Origin: Phoronis australis
Lineage: Eukaryota; Animalia; Phoronida
Assembly (NCBI GenBank): GCA_002633005.1
Contig: NMRA01000011.1
Span: 1,193,513-1,257,512 of the forward strand
DNA: 64,000 nt
Direction: 5' to 3'
Positions 1 to 12,243 of the stretch are shown here, one piece after another. Under the pieces are notes generated by a model, which worked only from the letters and a program-made list of their open reading frames with translations, was not told the origin of the DNA and ran no database searches. Within the stretch, counting starts at the first letter, position 1. The number at the start of each line of letters is the position of its first letter. Both the position numbers and the translations under genes were made by a program.

Positions 1-839
1 ATCGCGGGAGAGCCTATGCTTAGCCATAGTTCCGTTACGAATGCGCCGTGTTCCGAATTTGACACTTGAAATTGGATTTGAGCCCCCCCCCAACACTAAA
101 ACTGCACACATTTAAATCTTTTTTCATCCGTATAATTTTAATTACTGGGATTAATTAATAAACTCAACATTTCCCTACGCTCTTACTGTTTTATTTTTTT
201 TTGCGGCAGCCAAGGGGGGAGGGGGGGTGGGCCCCCTGGGCCCCCCTAAATCCGCCTATGGTAGGCCAACAGCTTCCCGGCGATACACTGCAACTTTCAA
301 AGTCTTTGACCAAGGCGATGATCCTTGACTCGTACTGAAATTTCCGTTTTGCATGGTCCTCCATGCTTCATCGGCGTAGGGTTGGGTCGACCGGGTTCTC
401 ATTCTCATCATCGAGGAAAAACGCAACTCTCTCCTCTCCTCGATGGGCAAGAACTAAACCGCAGGCGAACCAAACTTCGGGTACTCAAGAAGCGTTCAAG
501 TGGGTTACTATCAGTCAATGGGGGATCTACTCTTGCTTTGCAGGTCGTCCTTGAAATATTGCCATTTTGCTGGGAGTTGTACACCGTAAAGTCTTCATGG
601 ATAATGTCTATGTTTCGAAGAAAGGCTTCGAAACCATAGCTCGTAAAGTGAGGTCTAAGTTTGAATTTGCGACAGTACGGCGATAATGCAAACATCAGAT
701 GCGTCAGTAGAGGATGTCGCTAGCTGGATCGAAAAGATGCAGTTCCGGAAGATAGCACAGCGTGGATTTCAGTGTCAATGCTCGTTTGCACTGAGAAAAC
801 AACACGAATTAACATCGTTTCGTATGAGAGAGTGTACTG

Positions 840-996
840 CAGTGGCGGATGAAGAGGGGGGCCAAGAGGTCCATGGCCCCCCTAAAATTCTCCCAGATTC
901 CATTTGGCAGTTCGAGGGTGCGAATGTCTGACGGGCAAAATCCTGGCTAATACTCTGCCCTGGCCCCCCTAACTCAAAATCCTGGATCCGCCCCTG
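840..996 (-). mobile_element. 157-bp MITE with CAGTGGCGGAT...ATCCGCC(C/A)CTG terminal inverted repeats
   Basis: TIRs visible, flanked by a TACTG direct repeat (835-839, 997-1001). A near-identical reverse-complement copy lies at 3919-4073. Confidence 0.85.
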
Positions 997-1985
997 TACT
1001 GGCTCGGAAATCTCCGTAAAAGCTTTTTGCAATAGTTAAGTAGACCTATGAGTCGTTATCAATCCATCAGATATTTCGGAACGTTGTGGTCAGTACACCA
1101 GGAATCCATTTGAAACCACGGGAACAGATCTTCGCTCGGCGTATTGCCATTTACCTCAACAGTTCATACGTCATCAATAGAATCGACATTTAAGTCGAGG
1201 TTGTCGTTCAGTGGGATACTTTCACATGACGACACATCGATCGTCACGTATCTAGCTGTACCAGGGGTTGCTTTATATTCACAGCGCGGGTGGCATAGGG
1301 GAACAGTTTGACTTCGTAAAAAGTGTCATTGGGCAATACTTACATACAATTGTTCTAACCAATTAGTATTTTAAAAGAAAATATGTGTCTATGATTATTG
1401 TAGAAATTGCTTTCATATTGTTGATTTCCTGTGAGAGACCATTACACCATCAATCAGTCCTAAATACATTGTCTATGATTCAGTGACGATTTAGTCTAAT
1501 ACATTCCAAAAGTAATTTGTGGGAAATGTTCAATGGATTTGTAATGCAATATTTTATATATTTTTGTAAGACTAATTTTAAGATATGTGTGATAAAAGAA
1601 TAATATTATAATAGAAATGCTATAATATTGTTGTTGATTTCCTGAGTAAATCACTACAGTGTGTAGTTGAAGTGACGTTAATGACAATATGTTGACTACG
1701 TTTTGAGAAAATCACAATATAGTACGTGTATTATAATTGCTGTCTCAATCTTTTTCAATGTCACATTAAACTGGAGATCATGAACTGAAGATGCACGGCA
1801 GGCCATGCCTCTACCTGCCCTTTCTCAATGAGTTACGCCTTGAACTCATGTCTCCATTTCCACGCTGGAAGTAAAAACAACGAAAATTCATCAATTTTAC
1901 TCACCTTGCCTGGCTTCGCTTCTCGCGCCGAATTTCGTTCTCGATCGCTGTCCGGGTGTTCTCAATCGCGGGTTGGCCAGGTGGC

Positions 1986-2427
1986 TGTTACGTTTGATCT
2001 TATGTCTTCCTAATACTGAATATTGAAAATAGTCCGTTCTCGCTCTAAAATTGCGTCGTAAATGCACACCTCAGCATCATTCAGTTGCACCTATATCGTA
2101 CAAGTCTGCCATATTTAATAATATTAAACCTGCGTCTGACCAAGTCTAAAGTAAAATCTGGTTTAAGATCTAATTAATATATACCTCGTTGGTGAAATGA
2201 AAACTGACTTAGACCAGGTCTAAACTGGAGTCAGGTTTTACTAGACCAATGGTCTAAAAGTTGAACCACCTTTATGAAATGCAGGTTATCTTTAAACCTG
2301 GTCTAAGTCCAGTTTAAACCAGGTTTAACTTTTAAACCACCTTTATGAAATGCAGATTATATTTAAACCTGATCTAAGTCAAATTTAAACCAAGTTTAAC
2401 TTTTAAACCACCTTTATGAAATCGGCT
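1986..2427. mobile_element. Right-hand end of a second copy of the same Harbinger-like family
   Basis: Direct homology to 4395-4753; ends in AAACCACCTTTATGAAATCGGCT followed by TAA. Confidence 0.8.
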
Positions 2428-3271
2428 TAATGAGTTTAATAAAAGTTATACAGTGACTCCTCGTCATCTAGAGGCCATTGGTATCCGGTGCCACGTGCCG
2501 GACCAGTTGCCAAGTTGCTACTTGAAAGTCCCCCATTCTATTACACGACAGTGCAACTCAGCAGTTCGAAACGTTAATTATTCAGACAGAAGGAAACGAC
2601 ATGAAAAATCGATACTTCGTTGCATTATTCTTTTTTTACTTTTAGCAGAAGGGCACATCCTAATCCTCTACAGGTTCAGTGCATTAAAGTCGATGAACTT
2701 ATACGACTAATAATAGTACACGACAAAAGCAATCAGATCAGTAGCATACTGATTTCCCGTCATGACAGCAAATTCCGCTAAGAGCAAAAGTTGTGGTAAA
2801 TAACTTTAGGCTGGCAAATTCAACATGTAATTACAAATCACCTTACCAATTCTTCGTCATTCACGGACATCAACGAAGACAATTCATACGATGAATTCAA
2901 CTTCCGCACAGCCGCCATGACGGGGAATTCCGGGTTATTACGTCTGAATTACTTTTGGCTTGTACTGTAGTTTTTTTTTGTGAAACTGAGCGTTGTGGAC
3001 CCTTGTCAGCAGAGGTCGTGGTGTCTTCCAGGCTACTGAGAATGAAAACTGTACTGTTATTACCTCTCAAAAATTTACACACAGTGACAGAGTATTTCCA
3101 AACACGTTTTATGGAAGTTCTCATTAAGCATCATTATAGTTAAAAAATAATGGCACACAGTGGTCGGAGCACAATGTTGGAAAGAGGAACAACCAACAAA
3201 CTCACCATCTCAGTAAGACAACGTAGGTAGATATCAAGGGGAGATAACATACCCATTTGTCTATAACCTTA

Positions 3272-4753
3272 CAGCCGATTTCATAAAGGTGGTTTAATAA
3301 AACCCGGTTTATGACTTAAACCTGGTCTTCCTAAACCTGGTCTAATTTTAGACCTAACTTGCACTTCACCACCATGGTTTAAAAGTCTGAAAGCCTGGTT
3401 TTGTTAGACCATGAAGCGTGTTTAGTAAAACTATGTTTAAAGTATCCAAGCCTCCCTACTGTGTTGATCCGGATTAACCCAACAAAGAAACTATTGAAGT
3501 GCTTCAATGAAACCTTGATCATGTGGGTACACAAGAGCACACAGCAGTAGAGTCAGTGCAGTCTTTTGCAAAAAAGGGCTAAAAAGCTTTTCTCACGAGG
3601 AAAAAGCCAATGTCATAGTCGACAACAAGAAAATTGGTGCCAAATAAAGTCAACGTAAGCAGCAGGCTTGAAGAGTTATTGATCCAGAATAAAGTCAGGA
3701 AAGAAAATTTCTTGAGTGAAAAAATTGAAAGGAAAAACGGCGAGGGACCCAGTGGCAGATCTAGGATATCATGAGGAGATATTTTTCATTTTATATTGTC
3801 TGTGTCCAACACAAGTACACATTAAAGTACTTGTTCTCGATTAACCGCAACATAGTAAATGCACACGTTTATTTCCATGTCATTTACTTTTTTGCGGCTA
3901 AAGAGGGGGGGAGGGGCACAGTGGCGGATCCAGGATTTTGAGCTAGGGAGGCCAGGGCAGAATATTAGCCAGGATTTTGCCCGTCAGACATTCGCACCCC
4001 CGAACTATCAAATGGAATTTGGGAGAATTTTAGGGGGGCATGGTCCCCCTGGCTCCCTCTAAATCCGCCACTGGGGTAGGACCCCTGCCCGGCAACCTTA
4101 AACCGGGATGAGATGGAACTCGGCCAGAAAAATCATTAGATGCCTTTTTAGTCATACGCGTAGCGCTTGCGACGATGATGCTCTGCTCGAACCGTCATAT
4201 TCTGAGGAATCCAAAGGATTTGCCCTTCAGTACTGGTCTACGTATAGGCAGATCCAGGGTTTCAAGGGGTCGGGACCCCTTTCCCTTGATTTTAGTTATA
4301 TCAAATCTATAACTTATAAATTGTTGACCCAGGCCTTTCTTTTAAAAGTCTTTGATCCGACTCCCCCCCGCCTTTACAAATTCTTGGTTCCCCGTGTTAC
4401 GTTTGATCTTGTGTCGTCCTAAAACTGAATAATTGAAAATAGTCCGTTCTCGCTCTAAATTTGCGTCGTAAATGTACACCACAACATCATTCAGTTTCAC
4501 TTATATCGTACAAGTCTGCCATATTAAACCTGGGTCTGGCCAAGGCTAAAGTTAAACCTGGTTTAAGATCTTAATATAGATCTAAGTAATATACACCTCG
4601 TTGGTGAAATGAAAACTGACTTGGATCAGGTCTAAACTGGAGTTAAACCAGGTTTTACTAAACCACCTTTGTGAAATGCAGATTATCTTTAAACCAGGTC
4701 TAAGTCTAGTTTAAACCAGGTTTAACTTTAAACCACCTTTATGAAATCGGCTG
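3272..4753. mobile_element. Non-autonomous PIF/Harbinger-like DNA transposon
   Basis: TIR CAGCCGATTTCATAAAGGTGGTTTAA / TTAAACCACCTTTATGAAATCGGCTG with TTA on both sides (3269-3271, 4754-4756). Subterminal AAACC(A/T)GGT(T/C)T repeats, and a decayed Myb/SANT-like frame near 3572-3680. Confidence 0.8.
3919..4073 (+). mobile_element. Second copy of the same MITE, nested in the Harbinger-like element
   Basis: CAGTGGCGGATCCAGG...AAATCCGCCACTG with flanks GGGCA/GGGTA. Related GGCGGAT/ATCCGCC ends also occur near 205-260, 4247-4392, 4972-5129 and 8100. Confidence 0.85.
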
Positions 4754-6116
4754 TTAGTGTCGCTGTGCAACAACTAACCACTAAATTGGAATCCATGCAG
4801 TCAACAGTTGGCGAGAACGGCTCGACCACGAGATGGTTCACCAAGAACTGCGAGACGTCGTGAAAGTCGACACTTCGGGCGTCCATTCAAAAATGGTTCA
4901 TCACAGAACCGTTTTAAATAGAGAAATTTACGAGTAAGGGAAAAAGCATGAAAAGCATAATGATCACATGACAGAGGCGTATCAAGGATTTTTTTAAAAG
5001 GGGAAATTGGATCAAGATTTTTTTAAAAAGGGGGACCGATGTCAACAATTTGATAATATAGATTTGGTATTACTAAAATGAAAGGGAAGGGGACTCCGGA
5101 GCCCATTGACCCCCCTGGATTCGCCTATGACAAAGGTTGTGAGGAATACATAAAGCACCGAGTCAATCTTTATTATTTTGTGATTAATACGTACATTATC
5201 AATTGTTCCAAGTAGTTCATAAGCAGTAAAATACAAGTGTGCTGTAGACCTACAGTTGTATGTACGATATGGTTTACATCAACGCTGCATTTTACAACGA
5301 TCCAAAACCAGAGCGCAGTACATGTAAATACAGACTGCGAAGTTATAAATTAAGGTGTTGCCGTTACAGTACAGAGGTCAAATATGAAAAGTAATATACA
5401 ATTCATATGTGATGAGAGGATCATTTTGTGCCTCTGATGGGGAGGTAATTCTTACTAGGTAAGTTGGTACACGTCATTTCACGACTTATCATCAAGGAGT
5501 TTACTATAATAGGAGTATTCACCGGTGAGTTCTCTGTTATCGCTACTACTAGCGCCGCCAAGTAGGGAATTCATAAGCAACGGTCAAGTACGAAGCGCGG
5601 GAATAATGGGGAAGGGTGCCTTTTGCAGCGCGATAAATTGCGCAAATTAATCCACGAAAACACCAGAACTGTCATTTTTTACGTTTCCTAAGTAACTCTT
5701 AAAATATTCTGTCATGTCATTTTGCAACTTTGACCAGTTATGAGTGATGATATACTCAATGTTGATACGTTTTCGAAGTTGTGAGCTATTCTATGTAGTA
5801 GCAACTGACTTGTAACTATTGGCGATTACAGTGGGAGAGTGGGGAGTTTACCCTGTACTGGCACGTCACTAATAACAGAATATTTTAAAACTATTTGTGA
5901 GAGTGCATGAAAATGGATTACAGTGTTGTAGTAGTGATGAATTGCCTAAATTTCTCCGTCTTATTTTTGTAACATTTACTGCACAAAACAATTATTTGCC
6001 TTGTCAGTAGCCTGGCGTATTCAATAGGAAACACATGAGCAATTGTTGGCTGGAGATGAAACGAGCAGTGCCGGTGTTGGGAGCACCTTGTAATGAAAAG
6101 TTGGAAGATACTCAGG

Positions 6117-7971
6117 TAGAGTTCAGTAACGCTTGAACATAGCTAAAAAGCAAGACTTTGCGAGATTACGCAAGATATTGCAGTGTATTTTAAATGAGAA
6201 TACTTGATTTTGGTTAGATTTTCGCGAGGTCCTAGCGTTACTGGCTCTACCCGGATTTCAACATAGGTGACGTTGAGGGTAAAAGAATAACGATACCTTA
6301 GCGCCATCTATTAATGGGTGATCTAAAACCTCGGTGTTATTCAGAATGTAGACCTACATGTGTTGCAATGATCTCTGGTTCCTCAGGTGTTACAGAGTTA
6401 ATCCATGGATGCGTTACGTTGGAACTTCTCGCATAGAAATGTTTAAAAGAACAACTTTAACTTCTGTGAGCATCTGTGTTCAAAAGTTTGGATCGTCATG
6501 CCAAGTTTTCAGCGACGGTATCAGCTCACTTCTTACGTAATCTTTAGCGATTTCTGCGACTCGGTTGACTGCATAACATTTAGTAATTGTCTTTAGTGTG
6601 GAATAACTCCGGACTGCCTGGGAATTAACTCAGATCATGTAATATTTCTAATTTTAAGATTTCTCCCACCAGACATTTTCAGCCAGCTTTTGAGGGGGCA
6701 GCACGCTAAATAATGTTTCTACTACCAATTAAAAAACTTTCAGTCACTCTGAGTACCTTATATCACTGAGTAATTACAAGAGTTGACACTTGACAACCAA
6801 AATATGCGCATTTAGTTGAAGCTCTATGCATAAAATTAAAAGAAAACCATACTTTTGACCTATATTGTGGTAACTTTTATTGATAGTCTACAAATTTCAA
6901 GTCGTTTTGTTACAGCTTGCAGTATCCTAACCAATAACTTGAGTTTGAGTACTTAAATTAGGTGGTACGACAAAACGAGTGGACCCACGAAGGGGGGGGG
7001 GGGAAGTTCATTACTTCGGAAATTATATAGTATTTAGACAGGGGTATGAATATTATAAATGCCTACACAGTATTGAACACCAGTATCTAATCTACACCGA
7101 TTAGTCTCGTTACCAAAAGTGGTCATTTTTAATCTGAAATTTTTGCACATTTCAAGAAAAACTTTCAGGGGGTATCAAAATAGACAGAGAGGTCAGTGAG
7201 TGTAATATGGTGATTGGTGTCGTTTGAGGAGGATATGAATCCACTGGTAAAGTTTTAACCAATTCTGTGACGGGTCATGTAGAAATATATTTTTTGATTC
7301 CATAGGCTCTATCAGAGATTGTTAACCTTGGGCATTTAAACATTGTAGGAAAATGCTAAAACACGTCATTTTGGTAGTTATTATCATAACACTGGACTAA
7401 ACCTGTCGGTTTTATCCAGTGACTTCAATTATTGTTTGTGATCATGATCGATCACTAATGAAATTTCGAGTGATCGCATAAACCCAGGTCACTGACACAC
7501 ATAAGTAGCGGAAACAAGATCACTCCATAGATTTTTCAAAATGCTTTCCTGAGCATGCCCCTAATTTTAGACAAAGTATTCAGCGAACTTTCCAATTTAT
7601 TGCTAATTTAGCCTATCTGCATGTACTTCAGCGAGTTGCGCTCCTTGAATGCTGCGGTAGCAAAATGAACCGTGACGATTTTGCCAGAAGCGAGGCGATG
7701 AGGCGAATGTCTCACTTGTTGAATTTCTTTTACCTGGCGAGCGTAAATCTTCATGATATGCAAGTAAGGTGAGCTAAGTTCTTAGCTCATTGCCTTTTGT
7801 AGCCAATGAAAAGTATTATTAAACCACATGACAACAACAGGGTAGAGTTTAGTAAAGCTAGGACCTCATTAAAATCTAGCCAAAATGTTCTCATTTAAAA
7901 TACACGGCAATATCTCACGTAATCACTCGCAGTCTTGCGGCTCAGCGACGTTCTAACGTTACTGAACTCTA
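6117..7971. repeat. Pair of diverged ~135-bp inverted repeats (6117-6252 and 7840-7971), probably transposon-derived
   Basis: TAGAGTTCAGTAACG...GTGTATTTTAAATGAGAA...GAGGTCCTAGC..CTCTACCC matches the reverse complement of GGGTAGAG..GCTAGGACCTC...TTCTCATTTAAAATACAC...CGTTACTGAACTCTA. Confidence 0.65.
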
Positions 7972-10813
7972 TCCAGATCTCTCTCTAAGTCACGACAGCT
8001 GAGCTCCGTCTGCGGCGGCGGGCCCTAAGATGAACAGTTCATCGGCGCCTTCTACCGGTGGGTCTAAAAATGGAACGATTCTGAGCATTCACCACAAATG
8101 TCGGGCGGATCCAGGAATTTCAGTTCGGGCAGTTCAATATCCCTGAAGAGTATATGTGTGGATGCAAACTCACGGTGCAGAAAAAGCTTTCATGCAATAC
8201 GTGCACCAGAATACATTATCAACCCGGCACATGTCTTCCATTATTTTTTAAATTCTACTTTTTAACTCTGCCATCATGAATCCATATTTTAAAATAAAGC
8301 TCTTGCCCACAAGCATTACAGTAATTTTATGTACACAGAAATAATGCCCGCCCGATGTTAGCAGTCACGTGGTTGTGTTTTCTTGAAAATCACAATTTCC
8401 CGGGACGGTGACTAACTTCCACATGTGAAAAATGTTACCATACCATGAGATCAACAAATTCCACAGTCGACCCTCATTACAATGAACCTCCAGGGCTTGT
8501 CTAAAACTTTCGCTGAAGGCGAATTTTTCTGTAACCAAATCAACTTTTAGGGAAAATAAAAACCAGTAGTACTGTAAGGGTTTTAGATGACAGAAACAGA
8601 AATTTAACGTTCACACACTAACACGTACAGTAAAACTCGGACAATTCTATGACCTCGGACAAAGTTCCCGTGGGGTGGTTTTTACTACACTGTTAAGAGT
8701 CTTAGCAAGTTCACGTGAACGTGCTCGCCAACGTTCTGAGTGGTACAGTAGCAGACGCCCAGAAAGTTGAGGCCCGGTATTGGCTTTATATGGCTACTTA
8801 TTTAAAGCCTTCAACAAATTCCAATTTTCTGCCCAAAAGACTCAACAATGAGTTAGCTACGTCACTAAACTGACTATCGCTCCGTCCACTCGATCACTTG
8901 ATCCAACCTAAGACACACCAAGACGAAGACCGTAGGGTCTAAGTAAGTGTGTATGCTCTCACGAGTAGCTGAGAGCTGAGCTGTCGTCCTCAAGCGAGCT
9001 ATGACTGCTAAGCTCAAAAGCTCGATGAGAGTTACCCACACACAGCGAGCAAAATGTTCACTGACATGTTACTTGCAAACGATGGTTCCTGCGAGAGATA
9101 TTGGTTGTTGTTTGGTGATGCAATAATTAATTTTCAAAGGCAACCAAATTTAATCAGCGAAGCACTTCACATAGTTCTTATCTTCAATTTTGCAAAACAT
9201 AATTTTAATCGAAAAAACTTTTGAAATTGGACCGCAAATTAGGGAATGTGATATGTAGGAGCATTGTATCAAGGGTGTAACCTTTTGTCTTTTGTACCAT
9301 TATTGACTGCTGGGCAATTGGTTAGAGTCATCAATGAGGAAGGAGAAATTCGTTTTATGACTTCTAGCCGGTCTCTATTGATATAACCAAATGACGTTTG
9401 TCAACTGTTTTGCAGTAAGACGACTGTAGTGTCACGACAGACAAACATGACATCTTTCCCAAAATTTATGCGATTTTTCTTTGTCCATCACCAGCAACTC
9501 CTGCATTTTTTCAAAATCCTTACACCATTTTGGGTAAAAAACGATAGCCGACAGACCAAATGAGTGAGCGACATACGACTGAAAGCCCTTACACAGCCTC
9601 CTAGGCCACGAATTACTTAGCGGATGTAATCGTACTATCAAACAATTACTCGGTCAATATGTTGGTTTTCATTCCCCAAAAATAGGACAATGACCTAGGC
9701 GGAGCCGACATTTTTGGAATCTGAAAACCAACATACTGAGTTCAGTGAAAACCAATAATTGCACAATGCCTATGCAAACAAAAGAATTACGTTGCTGTAT
9801 CCTTCGAGCCGCTTTGTCACTAAAGCTCTTGCACTCTACCACAGAGCAACACTGGGCACGTGCAAGATAGCACACAGGGTCCCATTTACCTTGAAAGCCA
9901 ACACAAATGTGAATTATCTTGCTAATTGTCTGTTGAAATTATCTACAGGTACAACAGACGAAAAAAACATATTATTTGGTAATATCGGGCATCAAAAGCA
10001 ATACCATGCGACCTTTCTACTTTTGGTATCTTCTTCCACCTCCCATCCCCCCTCTTTCTCGTGAGTTGTCTTTGTCGCACTATTTTTGAGCGGACTCCTG
10101 ATGTTTGGAAATTTTGGTGAGACGACTCGTGGACAACACGGTCTCGCCACCTGGTGACCGCCCTGAGTCCATTAACTTCGTTAGCCAACACAAGCGTGTA
10201 TCACCTTACTTGTACATGATAGTAACGAGGGAGTCTGCGTATAAAGATGTCTAAGTACTGTCACTATACTTGCTTGTTGTTACTCGTTTGAGCCTCATGA
10301 ACATTACTGATATCTGGTTATTTCCACATAGATACTATATGCAGGAACTTTCTGACGAAAAACGTATGGCATTGTAACTATCGGGCACCAAAAGCAGTGC
10401 CAAGTGACCATTTCTGCTTCAATGGGAGCCATTGGACGTCATTTCTACTGATTCCTCGTAAATTATCTCATTACCGATATTTTCAAGTTTTCGTGGGCGA
10501 GGTTTCCCAGTCAACTGCACCAGTGAATTGTCATTCGCACACGTCAACCTCAGAGGAAGCATTGAAGAATTTCAAAATGCAGAAAGATACTGTTTACTTG
10601 AAAATTTGAGTAAGAATGTCGATTTGTGAATCATGGTATACGCAACTGCAATTTTCTCAACTTGCTCAATTCTCCATTAGGGGACGCCTTTGCAGTCAAT
10701 TATTTTAATGTTCTTCGTCGCATCAACCTAAGTGATATTTTCACAAAACCTATTAACGAACTACGGATTTAATACCAACTTTACAATCTAAATTTAAAAC
10801 GGTTTTGTTGAAT

Positions 10814-10902
10814 TATTTTTGAGTGGACTCACGAAATGTCGTCAATTCAACGTCGTTCGAAGTTTCTTGGTGAGCCGACTCGCGGTCGAGCCATTCTCGC
10901 CG
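10814..10902 (+). repeat. Dispersed ~85-bp repeat; other copies at ~10082-10150 (+) and ~4808-4893 (-)
   Basis: Shared TTTTTGA.TGGAC...TTGGTGA..C..CTCG.GG.C.A..C..TCTCGCC. Confidence 0.6.
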
Positions 10903-11635
10903 GCCACCAAGCGTGCAATCCGTAGGTGCCGCGAGAACCTCGTGAAAACGCAAGATCACGCAAGACTTCGTGAGATATCGCCATTTATTGGAAGCGAAGC
11001 ACGTGGAGACACTAGCTTCCTAAACGAGATTACTTCATATTTTTCTACTGATTTCCGGTAATAACACATTGAAACAACACACGAAGGAATGCACGACTGA
11101 CACGGCGTACACTCGCACATTCACACACACACACACACGCAAACGCACGATCGCAAGGACAAACACGCATTTTGAGACAAGAAATCAAATTGAACACTGT
11201 CAAATAAGCGTAAAAAGACGGACATCTGCTTCTGAATTTTTCATCTTCACAGTTTCCGAAATAAAGACTTATTTCATCCAGGAGATTCTTGCGGCCCCGT
11301 TAGTTGCAACAAGTCATTTTCCAATACATCAAAAGATGTCGCTTAATCTCATACCGCACAGGTCTGTCCAGGTCAGAAACGAGTTCCATGGTAATGAGAA
11401 ATAGCATGAAAGGAGTTGTTTTGCTTATTCGTATATTTGCTCTCATGGCTGGGTCTGAAGTCGTCCAAGCTTGTTGTCCTTGGAACATGTTAGCCAGCAA
11501 ACTTTTGCTGCCAACTCCTGTCTCGAATTTCATTTCAGTGCTTATAGAAATTTTCCGATGAAACGTACTTCTTTTGCCAGGTGCGCAGCAAGGTAAAAAT
11601 TATTGGAGGAACACATCGTCTCACTAGGTCGTCTC

Positions 11636-12243
11636 AATCTCCACCACCACTCGTCGCCAATTTTGCAGACGTTTCCAGCTGTGGCCACCGAGTTGTTGTG
11701 CCCCCCGACACTACAAACCGTCGTTTCCTACATCAAAATTATACTAGAGATAACTCGTGTTGTTTTTTCCTTTTGTTATTAAAGCTCTTACGAACTGATT
11801 ATGAGTAGATGAGGCAGGCATACACGCGATCATCCAATACACAATACGATGGTTCGCGTGAGAGCGCCATCCTCATGATTTGAGCATTGACTTTCCGTTA
11901 ATCTCTGTCTATGAAAGACAGAAAGCCAAGAAATATNAATCTCCACCACCACTCGTCGCCAATTTTGCAGACGTTTCCAGCTGTGGCCACCGAGTTGTTG
12001 TGCTCCCCCCCCGACACTACAAACCTGTCGTTTCCTACATCAAAATTGTACTAGAGATAACTCGTGTTGTTTTTTCCTTTTGTTATTAAAGCTCTTACGA
12101 ACTGATTATGAGTAGATGAGGCAGGCATACACGCGATCATCCAATACACAATACGATGGTTCGCACGAGAGCGCCATCCTCATGATTTGAGCATTGGCTT
12201 TCCGTTAATCTCTGTCTATGAAAGACAGAAAGCCAAGAAATAT
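11636..12243. other. Apparent ~300-bp tandem duplication around a single N at 11937 (assembly overlap)
   Basis: 11636-11936 and 11938-12243 are near-identical, with a few SNPs and indels, and meet exactly at the N. Confidence 0.85.

Noticed and set aside
9400-10060. Cluster of short ORFs with coding-like composition
   Set aside because: No recognisable domain in any frame I could read; possibly decayed transposon sequence.
11581-12089. Two similar ORFs sharing SPPPLVANFADVSSCGHRVV
   Set aside because: Produced by the N11937 overlap duplication; no recognisable protein, and indels break the frame.
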